A DNA stretch of 61,672 nucleotides from Desulfurellales bacterium (GCA_027045065.1 JALUBE010000120.1:1-61672), one strand, 5' to 3'; shown: positions 23,034 to 40,141, counted from the first letter of the stretch. Made by a program: numbers and translations. Notes: generated by a model not told the origin, from the sequence alone.

Positions 23034-23480
23034 TTGCAAAGATTAAATTACAAGGAAGTTATAAAAAAGATACTATCCTTGGATGATTCTCCTCATAAGA
23101 TAGCGCTATCTTTTGCCGTCGGGGTTTACATATCCATATCCCCTTTTTTTGGTTTTCATACCTTACTTGCCATTCTTCTGTCCTTGATTTTTAAGCTCAA
23201 TAAGGTTGCTACAATTACTGGGTCGTGGATGAATAATCCATGGACGTTGGCACCCGTTTATTATGCGGACTTGAAGGTGGGGTGTTTTATTTTGAACAAC
23301 GAGGTTAACTTTAACATAAGACCGTTTACATTGGAGCATTATTTAAATAGCGGAAAGTACGTGTTTTTTGATATACTTGTTGGCAGTATTATTCTGGGCG
23401 TTGTTGTCTCAACTGTGACTTACTTCGTTTTGAGATTTATTTTGGAAAGAAGGAAAAAGGATGTTTCCTATCAAGGATGA
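23034..23480 (+). CDS. DUF2062-family membrane protein
   Basis: SPHKIALSFAVG...P.FGFHT...WMNNPWT. Confidence 0.75.
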   Translation: MQRLNYKEVIKKILSLDDSPHKIALSFAVGVYISISPFFGFHTLLAILLSLIFKLNKVATITGSWMNNPWTLAPVYYADLKVGCFILNNEVNFNIRPFTLEHYLNSGKYVFFDILVGSIILGVVVSTVTYFVLRFILERRKKDVSYQG

Positions 23481-24116
23481 TATTCCATCCTATTCAAGGC
23501 CTGTTGTGAATTATACGCTTATACTTGTAAATGTATTTGTCTTTTTCTATGAACTTAGCCAACCAAATCTCATGTACTTTATCTATCGCCACGCATTCAT
23601 ACCAGCCATTCTGTTTGAGCAACACAGAATCATCGACGGTTTAATTAGAGCATTTAACTCTATGTTCTTTCACGGTGGTTTTATGCACATTTTGGGCAAT
23701 ATGTGGTTTTTGTGGGTATTTGGCGACAATGTTGAGGATAGACTGGGCCATGTAAATTACCTTTTCTTTTATTTAATTAGTGGTTTGGTATCGATGTTTG
23801 TTCAGGGTATAATGTCAGCCCACTCTGGTGTACCCTTAATCGGAGCAAGCGGTGCTGTTTCTGCCGTTATGGGTGCTTACTTGATGTTTTTCCCTAAAGC
23901 AAGGATATTAACACTTGTGCCAATATTTATTTTCATAACATTTCTTTGGATACCGGCTTGGTTTTTCATTATTACCTGGTTTTTCGTTCAGTATCTAAAC
24001 GGGTTATTCTGGATGGCTTCACCTTCAATGGGTGGTGTTGCCTGGTTTGCTCATATAGGCGGGTTTATCTCTGGTGTCATTGTTGCAAGGGCGTTTGTTG
24101 TAAGACATAGGTTGTC

Positions 24117-24120
<4 letters not shown>
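23461..24120 (+). CDS. Rhomboid intramembrane serine protease
   Basis: HGGFMHILGNM, GASGA, VAWFAHIGGF. Confidence 0.92.
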
Positions 24121-26814
<2,694 letters not shown>

Positions 26815-27129
26815 GTGGAAAAAGAGGATATATTACTTGATCCCAAATGGATCTCTTCCTTCTATGCACTTGTGGCTACAGCCGTCTGCACTCTGATTTT
26901 TACCTATAAAGGTGTTGACTTCTTTGATGCTTTCATAAAAACGTTTTTTACCGTTGTATCCTTCTATCTGTTTGGTTTGATTACGGCCGCTGCAGTGAAC
27001 TTTTATTACATAAACTTTGTGAAACCCAAAGAAGAGGAAGCAGAGCAGCAGGAAGGCGAGGAATCGGGTGAAGAAGAACAGCAAGAGCATGAGGAGATGA
27101 ACGAACAAGGTTCTGAGCAGGCAGCATGA
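26815..27129 (+). CDS. Hypothetical two-TM protein with acidic tail
   Basis: GTG directly after the ligA stop with GGAGGA RBS; two hydrophobic helices; ATGA overlap with fliA. Confidence 0.7.
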   Translation: MEKEDILLDPKWISSFYALVATAVCTLIFTYKGVDFFDAFIKTFFTVVSFYLFGLITAAAVNFYYINFVKPKEEEAEQQEGEESGEEEQQEHEEMNEQGSEQAA

Positions 27130-27827
27130 ACAGGGAAGAGATTGTCGAGGCATACTACCCAAAAATTAGACGTATGGTTAAAAAAATTGTTGTTAGAATG
27201 CCTGAAGGTTATGATGAGGACGATTTTGTACAAGTGGGTATTATGGGTTTATTGAAAGCTTTGGATAACTGGGACGAGTCGCGTAGCCTGTCTGAATTTA
27301 AATCTTACGCTAACACTAAGATAAAAGGTGCGATTTTGGATAAGTTGAGGAGCGTGGATACCGTTTCGCGATATTCAAGGGATAAACTGAAAAAGATTCA
27401 CTCTGTTTACAAGGACTTTATGGAAGAGGGAAAGTTCGATCCATCCGATGAAGAGGTTGCGCAACGTGCGGGTATGGATCTTGATGAGTTTAATGATTTG
27501 CTTATGAAACAGTCCAATTCTACGATGATGAGCATAGATGAGACCGTTACTGATGGTGATGCCATTCTTTTAGAGACAATAGAGAATAAATCCGTTAAAA
27601 GTCCTTTAGAGATTTTGGAAGATGAAGAACTGCAGGATTTGATAAAAGAGGGCCTAAAAACGTTAAACGAAACAGAATTGACGGTGTTGAGTTTATACTA
27701 TTACGAGGATTTCAATATGAAGGAGATTGCCTCGATAATAGGAAAAACAGAATCGAGGGTATCACAGATAAAAACCAAAGCGCTGCTAAAATTGAGGGCT
27801 TACATACAAAGGAGGATTGAGGGGTGA
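27126..27827 (+). CDS. fliA: Flagellar sigma factor sigma28 (FliA/WhiG family)
   Basis: DDFVQVGIMGL, IKGAILDKLRSVD, LYYYEDFNMKEIA..TESRVSQI. Confidence 0.9.
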   Translation: MNREEIVEAYYPKIRRMVKKIVVRMPEGYDEDDFVQVGIMGLLKALDNWDESRSLSEFKSYANTKIKGAILDKLRSVDTVSRYSRDKLKKIHSVYKDFMEEGKFDPSDEEVAQRAGMDLDEFNDLLMKQSNSTMMSIDETVTDGDAILLETIENKSVKSPLEILEDEELQDLIKEGLKTLNETELTVLSLYYYEDFNMKEIASIIGKTESRVSQIKTKALLKLRAYIQRRIEG

Positions 27828-28351
27828 AGGAGCTTATTAAAGATGCTTTGGACATCGTTTCTAAAATCTTAATAGCAGATGCCATTACTGCACCCAAAAG
27901 TGTGGGAAGAGACGATGTTGTTGTTGATATTATAACAGATAGCGAAACAAAATCGAAGATTTTTAAAAAGATGACAGAGATCACCGAAAGAACGGGCCTG
28001 ACATTCTACAAACGTGATGCGATAAACTGTGAGAATGTCGATTACATTATTTTAATTGGATTTAAGTTATTTTACCATCGATTTGACTGCGGTTTCTGTG
28101 GCTTTTCTGGATGCGATGAGTGTATTGAAAAGGGTGGTGTGTGTGCTGTATCTGCTACTGATGCTGGGATTGCTATAGGTAGTGTCGTGAAGCTTGCTTC
28201 CATTTTTGGTATCGACAATAGGATCATGATATCACTGGGACAAGCGGCCAAGGAAATTGGCTATTTTAAAGAGAAGATTGGTGGAGCCTACGGTATACCA
28301 CTTTCGGCAACCACCAAAAATCCATTCTTTGACAGAAAGATCAAGGTTTAA
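27824..28351 (+). CDS. DUF2148-like ferredoxin-domain protein
   Basis: TAPKSVGRD, CGFCGFSGC..C, DAGIAIGS, DNRIM, KNPFFDR. Confidence 0.72.
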   Translation: MKELIKDALDIVSKILIADAITAPKSVGRDDVVVDIITDSETKSKIFKKMTEITERTGLTFYKRDAINCENVDYIILIGFKLFYHRFDCGFCGFSGCDECIEKGGVCAVSATDAGIAIGSVVKLASIFGIDNRIMISLGQAAKEIGYFKEKIGGAYGIPLSATTKNPFFDRKIKV

Positions 28352-28542
28352 TGAACAGCCTTTTGTATCTTGTTGGATTTTAGGCACTGAGTACAAACAT
28401 ACATCCTCTTTACCTTGCCGTCTATGTAGACTTTGACTTTTTGGATATTGGGATACCACTTTCTCTTTGTCCTTATATGGGAATGGCTTACCTTATATCC
28501 CACTGAAGCCTTTTTACCGCAAATTTCACACCTTCTTGCCAT
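28348..28542 (-). CDS. rpmB: 50S ribosomal protein L28 (Zn-binding form)
   Basis: MARRCEICGK...VSHSHIRTKRKWYPN...VCTQCLKS. Confidence 0.96.
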   Translation of the reverse strand: MARRCEICGKKASVGYKVSHSHIRTKRKWYPNIQKVKVYIDGKVKRMYVCTQCLKSNKIQKAVH

Positions 28543-28578
28543 GTCAAACCTCCATCTTTATATGCTCGAAAGCTTATA

Positions 28579-28794
28579 TCAAAATTGGCTGTTTTTCTCA
28601 ACCGTTTTGTTTGTGTTTATCTTGAGCAGATCATAAAAGATGCACTTTCTTGTTATGCCTGTAATCAAGAAAGTGCAGCCAACAGCTTTGATGATGTTAT
28701 TCTTTGTAATGCAGCCAAACAGTGTCAATAAAGATCCTCCAATAAGCCTAATTTCCCTGTCAATACCGCCGATATTGGATTTTAGATTTAGCAT
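28579..28794 (-). CDS. DUF2892/YgaP-like small membrane protein
   Basis: NIGGIDREIRLIGG...C.FY.LLKINT; start moved to ATG 28794 after GGAGG. Confidence 0.75.
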   Translation of the reverse strand: MLNLKSNIGGIDREIRLIGGSLLTLFGCITKNNIIKAVGCTFLITGITRKCIFYDLLKINTNKTVEKNSQF

Positions 28795-28795
28795 C

Positions 28796-29356
28796 CTAAC
28801 CTCCTTTTGTTTGATTTCTATTTTGGTATTCATTTATATAGCTAAACAATGCCAAGATTGTGAGAAAAATTGTTGAATAGATAAAAAAGGAAAAGACGGA
28901 TTTATTGAAGTAGATTTTGAATATTTTCAGGAAAACAAGAACTATTACCACTATTTGTGAAAACGTTGAGATCTTACCAAACACGGATGCCTTGATTTCA
29001 ATCTGTTGCAAATTTTTTAGTGATAAAACCTCTATAATGCTTCCTGCAACCAAAATGATGTCTTTAGATAGCACAACGGCGAATAGTAAAACAGGCAAGT
29101 AACCTTGGGATGTGAGTATTACAAATGTGTAGTTTATTAGGATCTTATCTGCCAAAGGATCGAGTATAGCACCCAATTTTGTTTGTTGATTGAGTTTTCT
29201 TGCTAAAAAACCGTCCAATAGGTCGCTAATTGATGCTACCAAAAATAGATAGACGGCCCATTTGTACTGGTTTTTTATAAGCATGATTGCTATGGGTATT
29301 GCAAGGAGCATCCTTGATATTGTTATGGCGTTCGGTAAATTGAGCCTTTGTCCCAT
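28796..29356 (-). CDS. pgsA: CDP-alcohol phosphatidyltransferase (PgsA-like)
   Basis: LPNAITISR, SDLLDGFLAR..QTKLGAILDPLADK. Confidence 0.8.
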   Translation of the reverse strand: MGQRLNLPNAITISRMLLAIPIAIMLIKNQYKWAVYLFLVASISDLLDGFLARKLNQQTKLGAILDPLADKILINYTFVILTSQGYLPVLLFAVVLSKDIILVAGSIIEVLSLKNLQQIEIKASVFGKISTFSQIVVIVLVFLKIFKIYFNKSVFSFFIYSTIFLTILALFSYINEYQNRNQTKGG

Positions 29357-29358
29357 GC

Positions 29359-30009
29359 TTAGTGAATGAGCTTAAAAAATCTGTTAAACCTTATTTTGAA
29401 TGGATGGAATGTCCATGAACCGTAAATGATAAATGCTTTGCCCACGATATCGTTTTCAGGCACAAAACCCCAGTATCGTGAGTCGTACGAATTGTCCCTA
29501 TTGTCTCCCATCATAAAGTATTCATGTGGAGGAACCTTAACTGGGCCCCAATTGTCACGAGAGCCCCAAAGTGTCTTAAACATGGAAATGGTGGTGTTTC
29601 TTGGATATATGTGGGGATCTGTATGAATAACATAAGGTTCTTTAATGCGTTTTCCGTTTCTGTATAGTACTTTATTTTTCATCTCAAGAACATCCCCAGG
29701 CACACCCACGCAACGTTTTATGAAATATATGCTCCTATCCTTTGGCCACCTGAAAATCACAACATCACCGTCCTTTGGGTGGCTAATGGGAATTATGATC
29801 TTGCCTGAAATTGGGACCCTAATTCCATAAATTAGCCTATTTGCCAAGACATGGTCGCCGATCAATAACGTGGGTTCCATTGAGGCAGATGGTATTTTGA
29901 AGGCTTCAACAAAAAATGCTCTAATGAACATTGCAATTATAAAGGCTATGATTATGGACTTTATCCAATCCATTAATTTACTTTCTTTTTTCTTCTCTTC
30001 GCTCATCAA
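29359..30009 (-). CDS. lepB: Signal peptidase I
   Basis: IPSASMEPTL, FIKRCVG.PGD, GDNRDNSYDSRYWG. Confidence 0.96.
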   Translation of the reverse strand: MMSEEKKKESKLMDWIKSIIIAFIIAMFIRAFFVEAFKIPSASMEPTLLIGDHVLANRLIYGIRVPISGKIIIPISHPKDGDVVIFRWPKDRSIYFIKRCVGVPGDVLEMKNKVLYRNGKRIKEPYVIHTDPHIYPRNTTISMFKTLWGSRDNWGPVKVPPHEYFMMGDNRDNSYDSRYWGFVPENDIVGKAFIIYGSWTFHPFKIRFNRFFKLIH

Positions 30010-31805
30010 TCCCCCTTTATTTCAACAAGCTTTATGAAAGCCTCTTTTGATATACCTACATTGCCCAACTGCTTCAGCTTTTTCTTGCCTTCCTTCTGTT
30101 TCTCCAAAAGTTTTTTCTTTCTTGTAACATCACCGCCGTAACACTTTGCCAGGACATCTTTACGCAAGGCACTGATCTGCTCTTTGGCTATGATTTTACC
30201 ACCAACCTTTGCCTGTAGTCTAATTTCAAATAACTGCTTCGGTATGTATTGCTTTAAATTTTTAAGCACCTCTCTTGCAATCCTGTATGCCTTTTCTTTC
30301 GGTACTATCAGTGAAAATGAGTCGATCTCTTTGCCGTTAATTAAGATAATCAGCCTTGTCAAATCGCCTTTCTCGAAACCCTTAAATTCGTAGTCAAACG
30401 AAGCGTACCCCTTCGAGAGCGATTTTAATTTATCGTAGAAGTCAACCAAAATTTCTGCAAGCGGAACGTCGTACTTTATTAGGACCCTATCTGTAGCAAT
30501 GTACAGAATTTCCTTTTGCCTACCCCTCTTTTCCTGTAGCAGTTTTAGAAGATTACCCACAAACTCGGCAGGTGTTATAATTTCCACTTCAACATAGGGT
30601 TCATATATTGCCTTAATCTTCTGTGGTGGGGGCAGTTCGGATGGATTTGATACCTCAACAACCGTTCCGTCTGTTTGCTCTACCCTGTACAAAACGCTTG
30701 GCGTTGTCATTACAACATCGAGTTCAAACTCGCTTTCAAGCCTCTCCCTTGTTATGTTCATACTCAAAACACCCAGAAAACCGCACCTAAAGCCAAACCC
30801 CAGTGATTCGGATTTTTCTTTTTCTATTGTTAATGAAGCATCGTTTAATTGCAATTTTTCTAAAGCATCCCTTAAATCATCGTAATCTTCGGGCTCTGTA
30901 GGGTAGATACCCGCAAAGACGAACGGCTTCGGTTTCTTAAAACCCTCGAAGGGTTTATCCGTAGGGTTATCTGAACTTGTTACAGTGTCTCCAACCGTTG
31001 CGTCCTTTATGTTTTTGATATTTGCAACAAGGTACCCCACCTCTCCCACCGTTAACTCTTCCGCTTTCTTTTGCTTTGGTGTGAAATACCCAAGCTCTTC
31101 GACCTCGTATTCTTTCTTTGTTGAGTAGATCATTATTTTATCGCCAATCCTTATTTTGCCGTCAAAAACCCTTGTTATAGAAACAACGCCCCTGTAATTG
31201 TCGTACCACGAGTCAACAACCAATGCCCTAAGTGGTGAATTCTCATTGCCCTTTGGTGGCGGTATCCGTTTTATTATTGCCTCTAAAACCTTATCTATGT
31301 TTGTTCCATTTTTGGCTGATATTTCTATTGCCTCGCTTGCATCTATGCCCAAAGCATCTTCTATTTCTCCCTTTGTTTTCTCTACATTTGCACTGGGCAG
31401 GTCAATCTTGTTTATCACGGGTATTATCTCTAAATTGTTCTCAATGGCCAAATAGGCGTTTGCTATGGTCTGTGCTTCAACACCTTGTGTGGCATCTACA
31501 ACAAGCAAGCAGCCTTCACACGCCTTAAGGCTTTTAGAGACTTCGTAACCGAAATCCACATGGCCCGGTGTGTCTATCATGTTTAGTATGTATTCTTCTC
31601 CTTCAAAATTGTACGTAAGCCTAACCGTTTGGGCTTTTACCGTAATCCCGTGTTTGCGTTCTACTTCCAGATTGTCAAGAATTTGCTCCTTCATCTCGCG
31701 CTTATCCAAAGCGCCTGTAAACTCAATCAATCTATCGGCAAGCGTGCTTTTTCCGTGATCTATATGCGCAATTATTGAGAAGTTTCTAATCTTGTTTTTT
31801 TCCAT
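30006..31805 (-). CDS. lepA: Elongation factor 4
   Basis: AHIDHGKSTLADR, DTPGHVDF, KCYGGDVTRKKKLLEKQKEGK. Confidence 0.97.
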   Translation of the reverse strand: MEKNKIRNFSIIAHIDHGKSTLADRLIEFTGALDKREMKEQILDNLEVERKHGITVKAQTVRLTYNFEGEEYILNMIDTPGHVDFGYEVSKSLKACEGCLLVVDATQGVEAQTIANAYLAIENNLEIIPVINKIDLPSANVEKTKGEIEDALGIDASEAIEISAKNGTNIDKVLEAIIKRIPPPKGNENSPLRALVVDSWYDNYRGVVSITRVFDGKIRIGDKIMIYSTKKEYEVEELGYFTPKQKKAEELTVGEVGYLVANIKNIKDATVGDTVTSSDNPTDKPFEGFKKPKPFVFAGIYPTEPEDYDDLRDALEKLQLNDASLTIEKEKSESLGFGFRCGFLGVLSMNITRERLESEFELDVVMTTPSVLYRVEQTDGTVVEVSNPSELPPPQKIKAIYEPYVEVEIITPAEFVGNLLKLLQEKRGRQKEILYIATDRVLIKYDVPLAEILVDFYDKLKSLSKGYASFDYEFKGFEKGDLTRLIILINGKEIDSFSLIVPKEKAYRIAREVLKNLKQYIPKQLFEIRLQAKVGGKIIAKEQISALRKDVLAKCYGGDVTRKKKLLEKQKEGKKKLKQLGNVGISKEAFIKLVEIKGD

Positions 31806-32195
31806 TGATTTCTTTTAGCCCTTTCTCAATAACCTTTTCAATGGTATATGTTTCATAACGCATGGATTTTAACCCTCTGGACACTTTTACATTGATTGTT
31901 TTAAAAGCTTCTTCCAAGACCCTCAAAGACTCTTCAACACGCTTAATATTGGCTTTGAATATGTCAAAGATATCCGCCCTTTTTTCTTCTATATCACTCG
32001 ATAGTGAAGTTCCAACGTCGTTTTCTGTGTCCCTTGACAAGGTAAAGTCAAAATCCTTCTCAATATGTGCTAAATCTGAGCGCAACGTTTTTATCTTCTC
32101 TGTTATATTTCTGTTATCCAAAATAAAACGCCCTATATCCTCAATGACCCTCAATCCTTCTCGGGTTCTGTTAAAATTTGCATCTATCAATCGCT

Positions 32196-32220
<25 letters not shown>
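31786..32220 (-). CDS. Stand-alone ThiD2-family protein (ThiE N-terminal-like; putative HMP-P kinase)
   Basis: RLIDANFNRTREGLRVIED, RDTENDVG, ANIKRVEESLRVLEE, RYETYTIEK. Confidence 0.8.
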
Positions 32221-36184
<3,964 letters not shown>

Positions 36185-36188
<4 letters not shown>

Positions 36189-37027
36189 AATTCGCCCTCC
36201 ACGTACAGCTTTGCAACTTTGGCAACCATCTCCCTTACACGCTTTATGAACGTAGCCCTCTCTGTAACACTTATGGCGTTTCTTGCATCAAGCAGGTTGA
36301 AAACATGTGAGCACTTCATGCAGTAATCATAAGCCGGCCTTACGAGTTTGTTTTTTAAGCAGTTCTCAACTTCCTCTTCGTACATCTCAAACAGTTTAAA
36401 CAACATCTGCGTATTTGCCACTTCAAAGTTATAAACCGAATATTCGTGCTCATCGTGTTTGTGTATGTAACCGTAGGTGTATTTGTCATTCCACTTCATA
36501 TCAAAGACGTTATCAACACCCTGTATATACATGCCGAGCCTTTCTGTTCCGTATGTGATCTCAACGGGTATGGGTTTTAGATCATATCCACCGACCTGCT
36601 GGAAATATGTAAACTGAGTTATCTCCATACCATCAAGCCATACCTCCCATCCAAGTCCCCAAGCGCCGAGCGTTGGAGATTCCCAGTTGTCTTCAACAAA
36701 TCTAATGTCATGTTCGTTGAGTTTTATGCCCAAAAACTCGAGGCTTTCCAAATACAAATCCTGTATGTTTTCTGGTGACGGTTTCATTAAAACCTGATAC
36801 TGATAGTAGTGCTGAAGCCTGTTGGGATTCTCACCGTAACGTCCATCTGTGGGTCTTCTTGAAGGTGCAGGATAGGCTGCATTCCACGGCTCACTCTTTA
36901 AGGATTTTAATGTTGTTGCCCAGTGAAATGTTCCTGCACCAGCCTCTATGTCGTAAGGCTGTAGTATTATACATCCCTTACTTTTCCAAAACTCGTTTAA
37001 GCCCATAACCACATCTTGGTAGTTCAT
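36185..37027 (-). CDS. glyQ: Glycine-tRNA ligase alpha subunit
   Basis: [35 protein letters not shown]. Confidence 0.98.
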
Positions 37028-37030
37028 TTT

Positions 37031-37807
37031 TTATCCCTCCATTTCAAAAACCGCCACAACGGGTGCATGATCCGACGGTTTTTTCTTTCGTCTAAAGCTT
37101 TTATCTATGAAACACTCTACGCATTTCTCCGCTAATTTTGGTGTAGCCCAGATGTAGTCTATCCTTAAACCCAAATCCTTCCAAAATGCTCCGGCTCTAT
37201 AATCCCACCAGCTGAATGCCTTATCTTTATTGAATTTCCTAAACAGATCCACAAAACCCCAGCTGTACAAGTCCTTTAAAGCCTTTCTCTCTTCGGGGTG
37301 GAAGCCAATCTTTCCCTCCATTGCCTCTTTGTCGTATACGTCTATCTCTTCCATTGCCACGTTGAAATCGCCCAATATTACAAGGTTGTCGTCAATGGAA
37401 AAGTTTTCTTCCAAAAAGGCCTTTAATCTATAGATGAAATCAAGTTTATACTCAAATGCCTCTGTGTTGGGTGCTTGGCCGTTTGGGAAGTACAAGTTTA
37501 TGATCGTTATGCCATCTATTTTTGTGATGAGCGTTCTCTTTTGATTTGATTTTTCGTTGAATATATGTGGTTTTACGTACTCAAAGGGTAGTTTTGACAG
37601 TGTGGCAACGCCGTTAAATCGCTTCTCACCAAAAACTGCCACATTGTAACCCAAATTCTCAAACTCCTCTTTAGGGAAAAGTTCATCCTCAACCTTTGTC
37701 TCTTGCATACACAGCACGTCTGGTTTTTTAGCTTTCAAAAACTCTAAAACCAAAGGCAATCTTGCCCTGATTGAGTTCACGTTCCATGTAACTACCTTAA
37801 TTTGCAT
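37031..37807 (-). CDS. xth: Exodeoxyribonuclease III
   Basis: TWNVNSIRAR, QETK, GDFNVA, GLRIDY, SDHAPV. Confidence 0.95.
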   Translation of the reverse strand: MQIKVVTWNVNSIRARLPLVLEFLKAKKPDVLCMQETKVEDELFPKEEFENLGYNVAVFGEKRFNGVATLSKLPFEYVKPHIFNEKSNQKRTLITKIDGITIINLYFPNGQAPNTEAFEYKLDFIYRLKAFLEENFSIDDNLVILGDFNVAMEEIDVYDKEAMEGKIGFHPEERKALKDLYSWGFVDLFRKFNKDKAFSWWDYRAGAFWKDLGLRIDYIWATPKLAEKCVECFIDKSFRRKKKPSDHAPVVAVFEMEG

Positions 37808-38075
37808 CGTTTTTACCCTTCAATCTTAAAAAAACAACAATTGTTGCGGCTACAATTAAAAATCCCACAGTATTGGCACTTATAAGTACAACATCCCTTC
37901 TTAAAAGTCCATACATTATCCAAAGCAACAGGCCAATGGCTATTTGCATCATCATAAGGCTTAAGCCTTCGGTTTTCTTCGTTTTTATCAGTTTCAAAAA
38001 CTGTGGCACAAAACTAAAAGTCGTCAAAGTAGCAGCCGTGAAACCTACTGCATTTATAAACGTATTACACATCAA
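37797..38075 (-). CDS. SemiSWEET (PQ-loop) transporter
   Basis: GFTAATLTTFSFVPQ..K...T.GLS, WIMYG, 3 TM helices. Confidence 0.85.
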   Translation of the reverse strand: MMCNTFINAVGFTAATLTTFSFVPQFLKLIKTKKTEGLSLMMMQIAIGLLLWIMYGLLRRDVVLISANTVGFLIVAATIVVFLRLKGKNDAN

Positions 38076-39531
38076 AATTCATGCTCTTGATGTATAGGTC
38101 TTCAAAACCTTTCTCATTTGCTATTTCTATGTATTCTATTCTTTCTGCCAATCTCTCCACCCTATCCCTTTCTTCTTTGCAAAACAACCTAACACCACCC
38201 TTAATTGAACTGTTGCCAAGCATAACAAATTCCTCTCCAAAAGACAACAGACCTGAGCCAATAATTTCCTCTTTTGTTAATGTCCTTGAAAAACCACCAC
38301 CTATAAATACCTTCTTTGGCTCTTGTGCTCCGACCTTATCGAATAGAATTTTTATACCTGCATTTAGAGAGGCTTTGACAAGCTGGAAGTTGCGTATTGA
38401 ATTTTGCGTTAGATAAATACCATCTGTGAGCATAAAACCCTCTTTTTTTATGCGGCTTATTAAACTGAATGGCGCTTCTGCCTCCCATGCTTCCACTAAC
38501 TTGCCGTTTCTGTCTATAATGCCGTATTTTCTTAACAAACTTACCGCACTTACAAGCCCAGATCCTGCTATACCAATGGGTTTTTTGTTATTTATGGTGT
38601 AGACCTTAAAGCCATTTTCTAAGCTCACCTTGTATATTGCGCCGTCTTGGGCAATGCTGCCATAATCTATGCTTGCACCCTCAAGCGCTGGTCCTGTAGG
38701 TACGCTGGATGAGTAGTAATGTGAACCAACCTTTAGTATAAACTCACAGTTCGTTCCTATATCAACAAATAGAAAGTCATCATCTTCAGGCAGTATGCTC
38801 AAGGCTGCCGTTATATCTGAACCAACAAAGGCACTGATTACAGGTGGAACGTATAAATCAATCCCCTCAAATTCACCTGTTAAGCTTCCTTTGAATGGTG
38901 GTGTGTAAGGGTATTCCCCAATGGATTTTGGGTTAAGTCCCAAGAAGAATGAGAGCATCGTTGGGTTTGCACACACTACTATAGAAACGGGCTTTTTAAA
39001 ACGGTAAAGCAAACCCTTGATGGCGCCTTTGATTATTGAGTTTAGTATTCTAAAACCGCCTTCGTTTGAATATGCAATTCTTGTTATTACATCACTGCCA
39101 AATGCAATTTGGGGGTTTAGTGTGTTTAAGGTTCTCTCTAATCTTTTATTCTCAATATAAGCGACAGCGATGGTTGTTGTTCCTATATCTAAAGCAATAT
39201 GGGGTTCATCATCATCGCAGCACGGTTCTGCCTCGATTTGTGCAAATACAGGCTTTACTTCTTCTATCTCTATGGTTGTCTCATCTTCTAAATTATGAAA
39301 ACACGCAAGTCTATAGCCTTGATCTATCTTTTCTTTTAAGGCAGTTTTTTCGTGTTCGAAGGGTTTTGGAGGGTTGTCTAAAAATTTAACCAAACACTTT
39401 TTGCATATACCCTTGCCACCGCAATAGGCTGTAATGAAGATGTCGTTTTTGTGTAAGATCTTTAATAGATTTTCTCCTTTTTTAAATTGAAGCTCACTGA
39501 TTTTGTCGCCACGTTTTACTTTAAGTTTCAT
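38065..39531 (-). CDS. [2Fe-2S]-ASKHA corrinoid reductive activator (RACo/RamA/DUF4445-like)
   Basis: CGGKGICKKC...RLAC ferredoxin; DIGTTTI, NPQIAFGSDVITRI, DIGTNCE, GPALEG, GIAGSG. Confidence 0.85.
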   Translation of the reverse strand: MKLKVKRGDKISELQFKKGENLLKILHKNDIFITAYCGGKGICKKCLVKFLDNPPKPFEHEKTALKEKIDQGYRLACFHNLEDETTIEIEEVKPVFAQIEAEPCCDDDEPHIALDIGTTTIAVAYIENKRLERTLNTLNPQIAFGSDVITRIAYSNEGGFRILNSIIKGAIKGLLYRFKKPVSIVVCANPTMLSFFLGLNPKSIGEYPYTPPFKGSLTGEFEGIDLYVPPVISAFVGSDITAALSILPEDDDFLFVDIGTNCEFILKVGSHYYSSSVPTGPALEGASIDYGSIAQDGAIYKVSLENGFKVYTINNKKPIGIAGSGLVSAVSLLRKYGIIDRNGKLVEAWEAEAPFSLISRIKKEGFMLTDGIYLTQNSIRNFQLVKASLNAGIKILFDKVGAQEPKKVFIGGGFSRTLTKEEIIGSGLLSFGEEFVMLGNSSIKGGVRLFCKEERDRVERLAERIEYIEIANEKGFEDLYIKSMNFDV

Positions 39532-39589
39532 GCCTAAAATTTACAAAAAACGTTTAATTTGATCAAAGATTTTGTTAAAATGATTTATC

Positions 39590-40141
39590 ATGATTGGCAA
39601 AAAGCTACCAAACGTCTTTCAACTGTGGTATGGATTTGACGATAAAGTTCCCGATATCTACAACTCATTCATTGAATACAACAGAAGAGTTTTTGAGAAA
39701 ATTCCAGGCTACAGGCTTATAACAACATCTGAGATAAACGATTTTTTGAATAAACACAATTACGACCTTTCAAGGTTCGAAAAATTCAACTTCAAGTTCC
39801 AGTCGGACATAATCCGTTTTCTAATTCTATACCATTACGGTGGTTTATACCTCGATTTGGATATAAAGGTGAACGACAACTTTATTGATTTGCTTGAGAA
39901 TTTGGTCAATCAATACTCGGATTGTGACGCCATGCCAGAAAATTGGCGTATTTACTTTCTCTGGTTTCAGAAGGGTTCTAAAAATTTGAAAACGATTATC
40001 GACTTCTATATAAACCTAAAGTTTTTAGACTACGATTACAACATATTTCAACTCGGTGGCTTGTCAAAGTTGGTTGATGTAAAGTTAATCCCTCTATCAA
40101 CCCTTGATCTATATTTAAGGCACTTTGTCATGTCAGGTTAA
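39590..40141 (+). CDS. DxD glycosyltransferase (GT32/Gly_transf_sug-like)
   Basis: N-terminal LPNVFQLW; SDIIRFLILYHYGGLYLDLD. Confidence 0.7.
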   Translation: MIGKKLPNVFQLWYGFDDKVPDIYNSFIEYNRRVFEKIPGYRLITTSEINDFLNKHNYDLSRFEKFNFKFQSDIIRFLILYHYGGLYLDLDIKVNDNFIDLLENLVNQYSDCDAMPENWRIYFLWFQKGSKNLKTIIDFYINLKFLDYDYNIFQLGGLSKLVDVKLIPLSTLDLYLRHFVMSG

